Shown piece by piece: positions 9,783-18,532 of a stretch of 64,000 bases of DNA. The translations under genes and the position numbers were made by a program. This DNA is from Gammaproteobacteria bacterium (lineage in GTDB: Bacteria > Pseudomonadota > Gammaproteobacteria > Ga0077536), in contig JBFXAQ010000002.1 of NCBI GenBank assembly GCA_050184115.1, forward strand, positions 81,290 through 145,289, read 5' to 3'. Position 1 is the first letter of the stretch. Every line of letters begins with the position of its first letter. Below the pieces are notes generated by a model. It searched no databases. It worked only from the letters and a program-made list of their open reading frames with translations, and had not been told where the DNA came from.

Positions 9783-10862
9783 ATGGCATACCCGAACGGA
9801 CTCATCGACGACTGGCGCAACGCCACTTTCCTGATCGCCGACGACATCAGCGCCAACGTCACGCTGATCGTCAAGATCCTGGACCTGGCGGGGTGTCGCA
9901 ACGTGCTTTCGACGACGGATTCGCGCGAGATCGAGAGTCTCGTCGCCGAACACCCGGTCGACCTCCTGTTGCTCGACCTGCACATGCCGCATCTCAACGG
10001 TCTGGAGGTCATCGAACGCCTGCGCCAGCGCTTCGCCGACGCCTGTCCGCCGATACTGGTCCTCACGGCGGAACGCTCGGCCGACACGCGCGTACGGGCG
10101 CTGGAGAACGGCGCCCGCGACTACCTGACCAAGCCCTTCGATCAAGCCGAACTGGTCGCGCGTGCGCGCAACCTGGTGGAAATCGAGAAGCTGCAACAGT
10201 GGATCCGTAACGAGAACCAGATACTCGAACGCCGCGTGGCCGAGCGCACGCGCGCGCTCTACGACACGCGCCTGGAGATCGTGCGACGCCTGGGTCGCGC
10301 CGCCGAGTACCGCGACAACGAGACCGGCAACCACATCCTGCGCATGAGTACGGCGACTGCACTGGTCGGGCAGCATCTCGGCCTGGACGCCGAGCGCTGC
10401 AAGGAGCTGCTCAATGCCTCACCGATGCACGATATCGGCAAGATCGGCATTCCCGACGCCATCCTGCTCAAGCCGGGGCCACTGACGGACGATGAATGGC
10501 AGGTGATGAAGTCGCATACCCTCATCGGCGCCGACCTCCTGCGCGGCGCCGACAGCAGCCTGCTGGAACTCGCCGCGAGCATCGCCGAGCATCACCACGA
10601 GCGCTGGGATGGCAACGGCTATCCGCACGGCCTTGACGGCGAGGCAATCCCCATCGAGGCGCGCATCAGCGCCGTGTGCGACGTCTACGACGCGCTGACC
10701 TCGGCGCGGCCCTACAAGGCACCGTGGAGCGAGGAGCAGGCGATCGCCTACATGCGCGAGCAGCGCGGCCGCCATTTCGACCCGAGCGTGGTCGACGTCT
10801 TCCTCGAACTGCTGCCGCAGGTCCGCGCGCTGCGCGCGCGTTACGGCGACAACCGGGACTGA
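9783..10862 (+). CDS. Response regulator with HD-GYP phosphohydrolase domain (RpfG-like c-di-GMP phosphodiesterase)
   Basis: REC domain followed by HD…GYP signature (…MHDIGKIGIPD…HHERWDGNGYPHGL…). Divergent from the PAS kinase. Confidence 0.8.
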   Translation: MAYPNGLIDDWRNATFLIADDISANVTLIVKILDLAGCRNVLSTTDSREIESLVAEHPVDLLLLDLHMPHLNGLEVIERLRQRFADACPPILVLTAERSADTRVRALENGARDYLTKPFDQAELVARARNLVEIEKLQQWIRNENQILERRVAERTRALYDTRLEIVRRLGRAAEYRDNETGNHILRMSTATALVGQHLGLDAERCKELLNASPMHDIGKIGIPDAILLKPGPLTDDEWQVMKSHTLIGADLLRGADSSLLELAASIAEHHHERWDGNGYPHGLDGEAIPIEARISAVCDVYDALTSARPYKAPWSEEQAIAYMREQRGRHFDPSVVDVFLELLPQVRALRARYGDNRD

Positions 10863-10881
10863 ACGGCCGGCCGCGACGGCG

Positions 10882-11283
10882 ATGATCCGGCTTCTCTACA
10901 TCGAGGACAATCCGGCCAACGCCCGCCTGCTGGAGAAGTTCTTTGCCCTCAAGCAGGACTGGCAGCTGGTGGTGGCGACCTCGGCCGACGCCGGCTTGGC
11001 GCAGGCGCGGGCAATGCCGCCGGACGCCATCCTCATGGACATCAACCTGCCCGGAAAGAGCGGCGCCGAAGCGCTGACCGACGTGCGCGCGGACCCCACG
11101 CTCGGCCGCCTGCCCGTCATCGCGGTGTCTGCCGACGCGCGCCCGGATCACGTCGCGCGCATGATCGAACACGGCTTCGACGCCTACCTGACCAAGCCGG
11201 TCGATTTCGCCGAGCTCGACGCCACCCTCGCGCGGGTGCTCGAACTCGATGTCGATGCGGTGCGCATCACACCGCGAAACTGA
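10882..11283 (+). CDS. Single-domain (CheY-like) response regulator
   Basis: 133 aa consisting of a REC fold only (IEDNPAN…DINLPGKSG…K). Starts 20 nt after the HD-GYP regulator. Confidence 0.8.
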   Translation: MIRLLYIEDNPANARLLEKFFALKQDWQLVVATSADAGLAQARAMPPDAILMDINLPGKSGAEALTDVRADPTLGRLPVIAVSADARPDHVARMIEHGFDAYLTKPVDFAELDATLARVLELDVDAVRITPRN

Positions 11284-11914
11284 GACCGAGCACACGTTCG
11301 AGATCGGCGATGGCCTGCGCCTCTGACACCACCTTGATGGTGGTCATGCCCATGGCACGCGCCGGCCGCAGGTTGACGCCGAGGTCGTCGAGGTAGACCA
11401 CCTCGGCGGGGGGCACCGCCATGCGCTCGCAAGCCAGCGCGTAGATGCGCGGGTCGGGCTTGCGCAGCCCTTCCTTGCTCGATTCGATGACGTGGTCGAA
11501 GCGCGCCATGACGTCGGCGATCTCGGCCGCGTGCGCGGTCGAGTTGGCCATGCCGGGTCCGCGACCGGACTTCACGTTGTTGGTCAGGCACACCACCTTG
11601 TAGTCGGCCTTGCAGCGGTCGAGCACGGCGACCATGCGCGGTCGCACCGCGCCGCCGAGCAGGCCGAGCACGTCGTGGCCGGGAACCTCGTGACCGGCGG
11701 CGGCGGTCTCGGCGCGGAACTGGCAATCGAACTCGTCCTCGTCGATGCGGCTCGATTCGAAGCGCGCCCAGGCGTTGTCCTCGTGGTTGACGGCGTTCAC
11801 GCCGCGAATGAAATCCCGCGGCAGGCCGCGATCGGCCTCGTAACGGTTGAACGCCTCGAACGGCGAAGTCGTCAAGACCCCGCCGAAGTCCCACAGAATC
11901 GCGCGAAAGCTCAT
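11267..11914 (-). CDS. HAD-superfamily hydrolase
   Basis: HAD motif I DxG (AILWDFGGVLT) and a C-terminal …YLDDLGVNL… motif. ATG at the internal M (MSFRAIL) with GGGGGA RBS. The upstream extension of the ORF overlaps the promoter region. Confidence 0.75.
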   Translation of the reverse strand: MSFRAILWDFGGVLTTSPFEAFNRYEADRGLPRDFIRGVNAVNHEDNAWARFESSRIDEDEFDCQFRAETAAAGHEVPGHDVLGLLGGAVRPRMVAVLDRCKADYKVVCLTNNVKSGRGPGMANSTAHAAEIADVMARFDHVIESSKEGLRKPDPRIYALACERMAVPPAEVVYLDDLGVNLRPARAMGMTTIKVVSEAQAIADLERVLGLSFAV

Positions 11915-12009
11915 CGTTGTCCCCCAGGGATCGTTCCGGCGGGCATTTTCGCAGATTCGGCGCGGACGCCGGCACACATTCGACCGATCCCGGCTAAGCT
12001 CTCCGCACC

Positions 12010-12669
12010 ATGCACCTGCCCATCCTCGCCCTCTATCGCGCGACCGCTCCGGGCACCTTCGACGACGGCACCGCAAGCGGGATCTTCAAACAGGCGGTTG
12101 CCGGCGCCGTAACGCTCGGTCGCAACGGTCTCGACGGCGATGTCCAGGTCGACCGTAGCGTCCACGGTGGTGCCGACCAGGCCCTGCACCATTACCCCGC
12201 CGAGCACTATCCGAGGTTGGCGACGGCCTTCCCGCGCGCAGCACGGGATCTCGTGCCAGGTTCGATCGGCGAGAACCTCGCCACGCACGGTCTCGCCGAA
12301 GCTGACGTCTGCCTGGGCGACGTCTTCGCGGTCGGCGCCGTACGCCTGCAGGTCACGGCACCACGTCGGCCGTGCTGGAAGATCGACCGTCGCTACGACG
12401 CCCGCGGCATGGCCGCGTTCATCATCGACGCCGGCCTCACCGGCTGGTACTACCGCGTCCTCGACGGCGGCACACTGGCCGCCGGGGCGCAGATGGCGTG
12501 CATCGAACGACTGCCGTGTGCACCGAGCATCGCCGAGTTCCATGCCACGCTGCGCGCGGTTCGGCCACCGCGGGAAGCCCTGGAGCGATTCGCCGACCTC
12601 GGAGCCCTGCCCGCGGCCTGGCGGCGACGCCTGCGCGAGCGGCTCGACTGGTTGCGGCGCCATCCCTGA
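12010..12669 (+). CDS. MOSC-domain protein (YiiM/YcbX-like; molybdenum cofactor sulfurase C-terminal domain family)
   Basis: 219 aa. Conserved MOSC β-barrel with the invariant Cys (…APRRPCWKID…) and a C-terminal 3-alpha helical tail, as in YiiM. Confidence 0.8.
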   Translation: MHLPILALYRATAPGTFDDGTASGIFKQAVAGAVTLGRNGLDGDVQVDRSVHGGADQALHHYPAEHYPRLATAFPRAARDLVPGSIGENLATHGLAEADVCLGDVFAVGAVRLQVTAPRRPCWKIDRRYDARGMAAFIIDAGLTGWYYRVLDGGTLAAGAQMACIERLPCAPSIAEFHATLRAVRPPREALERFADLGALPAAWRRRLRERLDWLRRHP

Positions 12670-12697
12670 TCCGCACCGCCGTGTACGAGCGGTTATC

Positions 12698-13705
12698 ATG
12701 CGCATCGCCGCGGCCAGCCGCGCAACGCCCGACAGTCGAGAGGTCCCCCGTTCCGTGAATGCAGCAGCGCCCACCGAATCCCCCGCCCGCGCGGCCATTG
12801 TCGACATCCAGCGCGGCCTCGCCGCCTCCGGTTACATCGCGAGCGACGCCATCGCGACCGTGCTCTACCTCGCCCGGGCCCTGTCCAAGCCGGTCCTGGT
12901 CGAGGGCCCGCCCGGGGTCGGCAAGACCGAACTGGCCAACGCGGCATCGCGCCTGTTCGACAAGCCGCTCATTCGCCTGCAATGCTACGAAGGCCTCGAC
13001 GAGTCGCGCGCGCTCTACGAATGGAAGTACGGCAAGCAGCTGCTCTACACGCAGGTGCTGAAAGAGAAGCTCGGCGACCTCATGGCCGGCGCGCAAGGTC
13101 TGAAGGAATCCATCGCCCGGTTGCACGAGTTCGACGACACCTTCTTCAACGAGGAATTCCTCGAACCACGGCCCCTGCTCAAGGCCCTGTGGGCCGAACA
13201 CGGCGCAGTGCTTCTGATCGACGAAATCGACAAGTCCGACCAGGAGTTCGAGGCCTTCCTGCTCGAGCTGCTCGCCGACTACCAGATTTCCATTCCCGAG
13301 ATCGGCACGGTGCGCGCCAAGCATCCGCCGCTGGTCTTCCTGACCTCGAACAACACGCGCGAGATCGGCGATGCGCTCAAGCGCCGCTGCCTGCACCTGT
13401 TCATCCCCTTCCCCGATCACAAGCTCGAGCAGCGCATCATCGAATCCCGCGTACCGGAACTCGAGGCGCGACTGCGCGGCCAGCTGGTCAACTTCGTGCA
13501 GGGGCTGCGCGGGCTCGACCTGAAGAAGGTGCCGGCGGTCAGCGAGACCATCGACTGGGCGCGCACGCTGGTGCTGATGCACGCCAACGAGCTCGACAAC
13601 CAGCTCGTGCGCCAGACCCTGAACGTGTTGCTGAAATTCCAGGACGACATCGAGAACGTCGATGCGGAGATCCCCGCGCTGACGCGGGCGGCCGGTAAGA
13701 ACTGA
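12698..13705 (+). CDS. MoxR-family AAA+ ATPase (CoxD-like)
   Basis: Walker A GPPGVGKT, Walker B LLIDEIDK and sensor/arginine-finger region typical of the MoxR/CoxD subfamily. ATG is 29 nt after the MOSC stop. The upstream part of the 521-aa ORF is an out-of-frame overlap with the MOSC gene. Confidence 0.8.
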   Translation: MRIAAASRATPDSREVPRSVNAAAPTESPARAAIVDIQRGLAASGYIASDAIATVLYLARALSKPVLVEGPPGVGKTELANAASRLFDKPLIRLQCYEGLDESRALYEWKYGKQLLYTQVLKEKLGDLMAGAQGLKESIARLHEFDDTFFNEEFLEPRPLLKALWAEHGAVLLIDEIDKSDQEFEAFLLELLADYQISIPEIGTVRAKHPPLVFLTSNNTREIGDALKRRCLHLFIPFPDHKLEQRIIESRVPELEARLRGQLVNFVQGLRGLDLKKVPAVSETIDWARTLVLMHANELDNQLVRQTLNVLLKFQDDIENVDAEIPALTRAAGKN

Positions 13706-13709
13706 ATTC

Positions 13710-15092
13710 GTGACGCAGGCGCTTACCCACTTCATCAAGGCCCTGCGCGCGGCTGACGTCCGCGTGTCGACGGCCGAGAGCATCGAGGCGGCGGCCACGC
13801 TGGAGGTGGTCGGATTCGGCGAACGCGCGCTGCTCAAGACCGCGCTGTCGCAGGTTCTGGCCAAGAGCATCGACGACAAGGCACGGTTCGACGACTGCTT
13901 CGAAGCCTATTTCAGCTCCCGCGCAGTCAGCACCGATACCGCGCGGGACGACGCGGACGCCGACGCCAGCGAGACCGAATCCGCGGGTGACCAAGCCGGC
14001 GGTAGCGCGGCCGGCAGCGGCGGTGGCGGCAGTGGTGCAGACAGCCTGCTCGCCGCGCTCGAACGCGGCGACGGCGCCGGCCTGCAGCAACGCATGGCGC
14101 AGGCTGCGTTCAACGTGCAGCTGCAGAACATTCGCCTGTTCACCCAACGCGGCATGTACATGCGCCGGATGCTCGAGGACATGGGCATCGAAGCCGTCGA
14201 GGAATTCCTCTACCGGCTGATCAAGGCCGACGATGACGATCCGCGTGCCGAACGCCTGCGTGAGGCCAAGGCACGCTTGACCGAGGACGTCGCCGCCCAC
14301 GTCGACCAGCAGCTCCTGCTCTATACCGCCAACGCCGGTCGCCAGTTGCGCGAGGAGGTGTTGCAGAAGACCCCGCTGGCGCGGGTCGAGATGCGTGATT
14401 TCAAGGTCATGCACGAGCTCGTGCGCAAACTCGCCAAACGCCTCGTCGCCCTGCACGCCCGGCGGCGCGCGGTGGCGCGCCGCGGACGCCTCGACGTCCG
14501 TCACACCATCCGTCGCAATATCGAGTACGACGGCCTGCTGTTCGACACCGTATGGAAGCGCGTGCGCGTCGACCGACCCAAGGTCGTGGCGGTGTGTGAC
14601 GTGTCGGGCTCGGTGGCGCAGGTTGCACGCTTCCTGTTGATGTTCCTCTACAGCGTCAGCGAGGTCATACCCAAGGTCCGCTCGTTCGCTTTCTCGAATT
14701 ATCTCGGCGAAGTCACCGACCTGTTCGACACGCTGCCCGTCGAGGACGCGGTCACCGAGATCCTCAATCGCTGGGGCATGGGCGCGACGGACTACGGCGG
14801 CGCGCTGGCCGAGCTCGAACGCCTGACGCTGGACGACATCGACCATCGCACCACCGTCCTGATCCTCGGCGACGCACGCTCCAACTACAGCGATCCGGGC
14901 GACCGCGCCCTGCGTCGCATCCACGAACGCGCGCGGCGGGTGTTGTGGCTGAACCCCGAACCGAAACAGCTGTGGAACACCGGCGACTCCGAGATGCGCA
15001 AGCTCGGCGCCGCTTGCGACCGCGTCGAACCCTGCCGTTCGCTGCGCCATCTCGAGCGCATCATCTCGGAGATCGCACGCACCGCGGTTTGA
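13710..15092 (+). CDS. VWA-domain protein (CoxE-like), partner of the MoxR ATPase
   Basis: N-terminal CoxE-type helical region, acidic linker, and C-terminal von Willebrand A domain with MIDAS residues (…VAVCDVSGS…). GTG start 5 nt after the MoxR stop. Confidence 0.8.
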   Translation: MTQALTHFIKALRAADVRVSTAESIEAAATLEVVGFGERALLKTALSQVLAKSIDDKARFDDCFEAYFSSRAVSTDTARDDADADASETESAGDQAGGSAAGSGGGGSGADSLLAALERGDGAGLQQRMAQAAFNVQLQNIRLFTQRGMYMRRMLEDMGIEAVEEFLYRLIKADDDDPRAERLREAKARLTEDVAAHVDQQLLLYTANAGRQLREEVLQKTPLARVEMRDFKVMHELVRKLAKRLVALHARRRAVARRGRLDVRHTIRRNIEYDGLLFDTVWKRVRVDRPKVVAVCDVSGSVAQVARFLLMFLYSVSEVIPKVRSFAFSNYLGEVTDLFDTLPVEDAVTEILNRWGMGATDYGGALAELERLTLDDIDHRTTVLILGDARSNYSDPGDRALRRIHERARRVLWLNPEPKQLWNTGDSEMRKLGAACDRVEPCRSLRHLERIISEIARTAV

Positions 15093-15227
15093 GCGCTGTC
15101 GCCACCGGCTCCAACTGCGGGGCCGGGTGAATGACCGGGTCATGAATATTTTCCGGTCCGGCCCTACAATCGGGCATCCCGGGGCGATCATCGCCTCGCC
15201 GTTGAAGAAGCCGGGTAGCCGTTCTCC

Positions 15228-17492
15228 ATGGCGCAGATCGAAACCTACCGCAACGCGCTGAAGCCCGGCCAACGGGTGCTGTGGTACGAGATCGAGGGTA
15301 CGCTCGGCCAGGGCGGCTTCGGCATCACCTACGTCGCCCGGGACACCAACCTCAAGCAACCGGTCGCGCTGAAGGAGTTCCTGCCGAGCGAACTCGCCGT
15401 GCGCGAGGGCGAGTTCGAAGTCCACCCGTTGTCCAACGCTCGCGCCGGGAGCTTCGCCTGGGGCCTGGAGAAATTCATGGACGAGGCGCGCACGCTGGCG
15501 CACTTCGACCACCCCAATATCGTCAAGGTCTACACCGTATTCGAAGCGAACAACACCGCCTACATGGTGATGCGCTACGAGGACGGCCTCAGCCTCGGCA
15601 GCATCTACAGCAAGCGCCGCCGCCTGCCCGAGCGCCTGCTGCAGCACCTCGTACATCCGCTGCTCGATGGCCTCGAAACCGTGCATGACCAGGGTTTCAT
15701 CCACCGTGACATCAAGCCCGACAACATCTACCTGCGCCAGGACGGTTCACCTGTCCTCATCGATTTCGGCTCGGCGCGCATCGCCGTCGGCTCCGAGACG
15801 CGCGCGCTGACCTCGCTGGTGACGCCGGGCTACGCGCCGTTCGAGCAGTACGTGACCGGCAGCGACCGCCAGGGTCCGTGGTCGGACATCTACAGTCTCG
15901 GTGCCACGCTCTACCGTGGTATCGCCGGCATCGCGCCACCCGACGCCACCAACCGCAGCGAGGCGTTGAGCTATACCGGCAAGGACGTCCTGGTGCCCGC
16001 GCTCGAGGTCGGCCACGACCGCTATTCCGAACCGTTCCTGAGTGCTGTCGACGCGGCGCTGGCCTTCCGCTACGACGAACGGCCACAGAACGTCGTCGAG
16101 TGGCGGCGCATGTTCCGCGCGCGTCGCCGCCGCAAGGGCCGTCAACCGCGGGACGTACCGAGCGAGGAAGTCGAGGCGCCGAAAGTGCGTGCGGCCGAGT
16201 TCGCGGCGGTCGACGAAGCCACACCCGCGCGCGCGCCCACCGCGCCGCTCGCCACGGACGACGGCGCGTTGGAGGACGACCTGTTCGACAATCCGTTCAC
16301 CGACCCCGAGCAGGCCGCGCTCGGCGACGCCGCGGAACGCGACGACACGCCGCCCGCGGGTGGCCGGCGGTGGCGCGCCTGGCTGCTCGCCGCGGGCGTG
16401 CTGCTGGCGCTCGGCGCGGCCGCGTGGTTCCTGCGCGATACGACAACGCCAGGCGTGAGGCCGTCGGCGAATGCAGCGGAGGCGCCGGACGAGGCGCGCG
16501 CGCCACCACCAACGGTCGCGGTACCCGCGTCGACGAATCCGCCGGCGGCCACAACGACAACGGCGACCACGACCACCGCCGCAGTCGCCGACGCGAAGTC
16601 GGACGCCGCGACCCAAGCCACCGCAACGGGCGCCTGCGCCGCCGTAACCACCCTGCCGCGGCTGCCGAGCGTGGCCGAACGCCTCGCCGCCGGGGCCGAC
16701 ATCCCGCGGTACGTCGTCGAGACCATCAGCCTGCACGGTCCGGACAATTCCTCGATCGGCGCCGTGCTCGCCGCCGCCGGCGGCGCCATGGAGGCCCGCC
16801 GCGCCACCCTCGCCGCCGCCCATGGCGATGGCAACCAGCTCTCCGCCAACGACATCGAGGCCCTCGCGGAGTTGCTCACCGGCACGCTCCAAGACCAGGG
16901 CCTGCTCGCCACGGCCATTGCCCCGATGCAGTACCTCGACCAGCAACGCCTGGCGCTTGCCGTGCTGCCATGGCGTCTCGGCGAGGTCAGGTTGCGCGGC
17001 GTGCCGGGGGAGTTCCGCGCCGCCAACGAGGCTGTCACCCGTGCCGCCCTGGGCGCGACGCTCCGCGCGAGCCTCGAGCAGGCCCCGCACGCGCATGCAC
17101 TCAAGCGGGCCCTCCTCGACACCCTCCTCGACCCGGCCTTCCATGGCTCCGCTTTTGCCGTGCTCGAACCCGCCGCGCGCCAGGCGCGCTTCGACGTAGT
17201 GCTGAAATGGCAGGATGCCAAGCCTGCATTCGATCCGGCCACGGTCGATATCGACCGCCTTTACATCTACGCCGTCGCCGGTAGCGGCGCGCGGCTGCCG
17301 CTGACTCAACTGGCAAAGGACGCTGCGGCCACGGTCGACGCCGATCTCGATGCCGCCGATTACGCCGCGCAGGTGTTGGACCTCGTCGCGCCGCCCGGCG
17401 TCGACGCCGACGGCGATTGCCGGCGCGACGCCTTGCTTGCGGCCTACCGCTCGGCACGGCAGGCGCTGGCCGCGACCCCGGTCGCGCACTGA
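15228..17492 (+). CDS. Membrane-anchored Hanks-type Ser/Thr protein kinase with a large extracytoplasmic domain of unknown fold
   Basis: Kinase subdomains present: GQGGFG…ALK, HRDIKPDNI, DFG, TPGYAPFE. Followed by a basic/acidic linker, one TM helix (WRAWLLAAGVLLALGAAAWFL), a Pro/Thr-rich stalk (…ATTTTATTTTAAV…) and an Ala-rich domain of about 270 aa. Confidence 0.85.
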   Translation: MAQIETYRNALKPGQRVLWYEIEGTLGQGGFGITYVARDTNLKQPVALKEFLPSELAVREGEFEVHPLSNARAGSFAWGLEKFMDEARTLAHFDHPNIVKVYTVFEANNTAYMVMRYEDGLSLGSIYSKRRRLPERLLQHLVHPLLDGLETVHDQGFIHRDIKPDNIYLRQDGSPVLIDFGSARIAVGSETRALTSLVTPGYAPFEQYVTGSDRQGPWSDIYSLGATLYRGIAGIAPPDATNRSEALSYTGKDVLVPALEVGHDRYSEPFLSAVDAALAFRYDERPQNVVEWRRMFRARRRRKGRQPRDVPSEEVEAPKVRAAEFAAVDEATPARAPTAPLATDDGALEDDLFDNPFTDPEQAALGDAAERDDTPPAGGRRWRAWLLAAGVLLALGAAAWFLRDTTTPGVRPSANAAEAPDEARAPPPTVAVPASTNPPAATTTTATTTTAAVADAKSDAATQATATGACAAVTTLPRLPSVAERLAAGADIPRYVVETISLHGPDNSSIGAVLAAAGGAMEARRATLAAAHGDGNQLSANDIEALAELLTGTLQDQGLLATAIAPMQYLDQQRLALAVLPWRLGEVRLRGVPGEFRAANEAVTRAALGATLRASLEQAPHAHALKRALLDTLLDPAFHGSAFAVLEPAARQARFDVVLKWQDAKPAFDPATVDIDRLYIYAVAGSGARLPLTQLAKDAAATVDADLDAADYAAQVLDLVAPPGVDADGDCRRDALLAAYRSARQALAATPVAH

Positions 17493-17534
17493 CCCGGCGC
17501 GTTACAATTCCGTGACAACGACACGCCCGTCGCG

Positions 17535-17807
17535 ATGGCGCGGGCCCGAGAGGAGACCGTCACCGTGGAGTCACGCAGCGGCGCCGGCGCCATCGAGCGC
17601 TATTCGTTCCTGGTCATGTTCGCCAACGACGGTCTCATCGATGCCGCCGAACTGGCCTTCTGCGAGCGCCTCGCGCTCGCCGACGGCATCGTCGACGACG
17701 ACGAGCGCGAAGTCCTGCGGCGCATCTTCGGCCGCGTCGACCCTGCGCGCCTGGCACCGGAGGTGCGCGCCGAGATCGCCGCTTTCCGCACACGTCACGC
17801 GATCTGA
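17535..17807 (+). CDS. Small hypothetical protein (90 aa) with a TerB-like repeat (DGLIDAAELAF…ADGIVDDDEREVL)
   Basis: ORF with an ATG 42 nt after the kinase stop and 56 nt before the napG-like gene. The motif resembles the TerB/DjlA-N helical repeat. The call is weak. Confidence 0.4.
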   Translation: MARAREETVTVESRSGAGAIERYSFLVMFANDGLIDAAELAFCERLALADGIVDDDEREVLRRIFGRVDPARLAPEVRAEIAAFRTRHAI

Positions 17808-17863
17808 AACGCGCGGCCGTGCCGATACGCCCTGCCGGCGCGGTGTGCTAGCGTAGGCCCGCC

Positions 17864-18532
17864 ATGGCCGACCAACCGACGCCGCGCAATTTCGCCGCCG
17901 ACCGCCGCCGCTTCCTCGCCCGCGGGGTGCAGGCCGCGGGCGCGGTGAGCCTGGTCGGTATGCTGCTCGCCAGTCACGCCCGCCAGGCATCGTCGCGACC
18001 GGTCGCTGCCCTGCGCCCCCCCGGAGCGCTGCCGGAAGACGAGTTTCTCGGCGCCTGCGTGCGCTGTGGGCTGTGCGTGCGCGACTGTCCCTACGACACC
18101 CTGCGACTCGCCACTTTCGGCGAACCACTGGCCACCGGCACACCCTACTTCGTCGCCCGCGACGTGCCCTGCGAGATGTGCGAGGACATCCCCTGCGTCG
18201 TCGCCTGCCCGACCACGGCTCTCGACAAGAACCTGACCGACATCCGCGAGGCGGACATGGGCGTGGCTGTCGTCACCGGGACCGACACCTGCTACAGCAT
18301 CACCGGCGTCGGTCGCTGCACGGGTTGCTACGACGCCTGCCCGATCAAGGACGAAGCCATCACGATGGAGTTGAAACAGGAAGGCGGCCGGGTCTACTTC
18401 GTGCCGACCGTGCACCGCGACCGCTGCACCGGTTGCGGCAAGTGCGAAGCCGACTGCCTCTATCCCGAGGCCGCGATCAAGGTCCTGCCGCGCGCGCTCG
18501 TGCGCCACGATGTCGGTCCCGACCTCGCCTGA
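17864..18532 (+). CDS. NapG/MauM-like periplasmic ferredoxin-type protein (Tat signal, 4x[4Fe-4S] Cys clusters)
   Basis: Twin-arginine signal (RRRFLARG) and four CxxCxxC…CP ferredoxin motifs. Confidence 0.75.
   Translation: MADQPTPRNFAADRRRFLARGVQAAGAVSLVGMLLASHARQASSRPVAALRPPGALPEDEFLGACVRCGLCVRDCPYDTLRLATFGEPLATGTPYFVARDVPCEMCEDIPCVVACPTTALDKNLTDIREADMGVAVVTGTDTCYSITGVGRCTGCYDACPIKDEAITMELKQEGGRVYFVPTVHRDRCTGCGKCEADCLYPEAAIKVLPRALVRHDVGPDLA

Noticed and set aside
6082-9834. 1250-aa plus-strand ORF
   Set aside because: Fully antisense to the well-supported multi-PAS histidine kinase. Low-complexity translation (runs of R, G, A, D). Typical high-GC antisense artefact.
12140-12697. N-terminal 186 aa of ORF 12140..13705
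   Set aside because: Out-of-frame overlap with the MOSC-domain gene. The MoxR domain starts at the internal ATG (12698), 29 nt after the MOSC stop.
13539-15704. 721-aa minus-strand ORF
   Set aside because: Antisense to the CoxE-like VWA gene and to the kinase 5' end. No domain signatures. GC-driven open frame.
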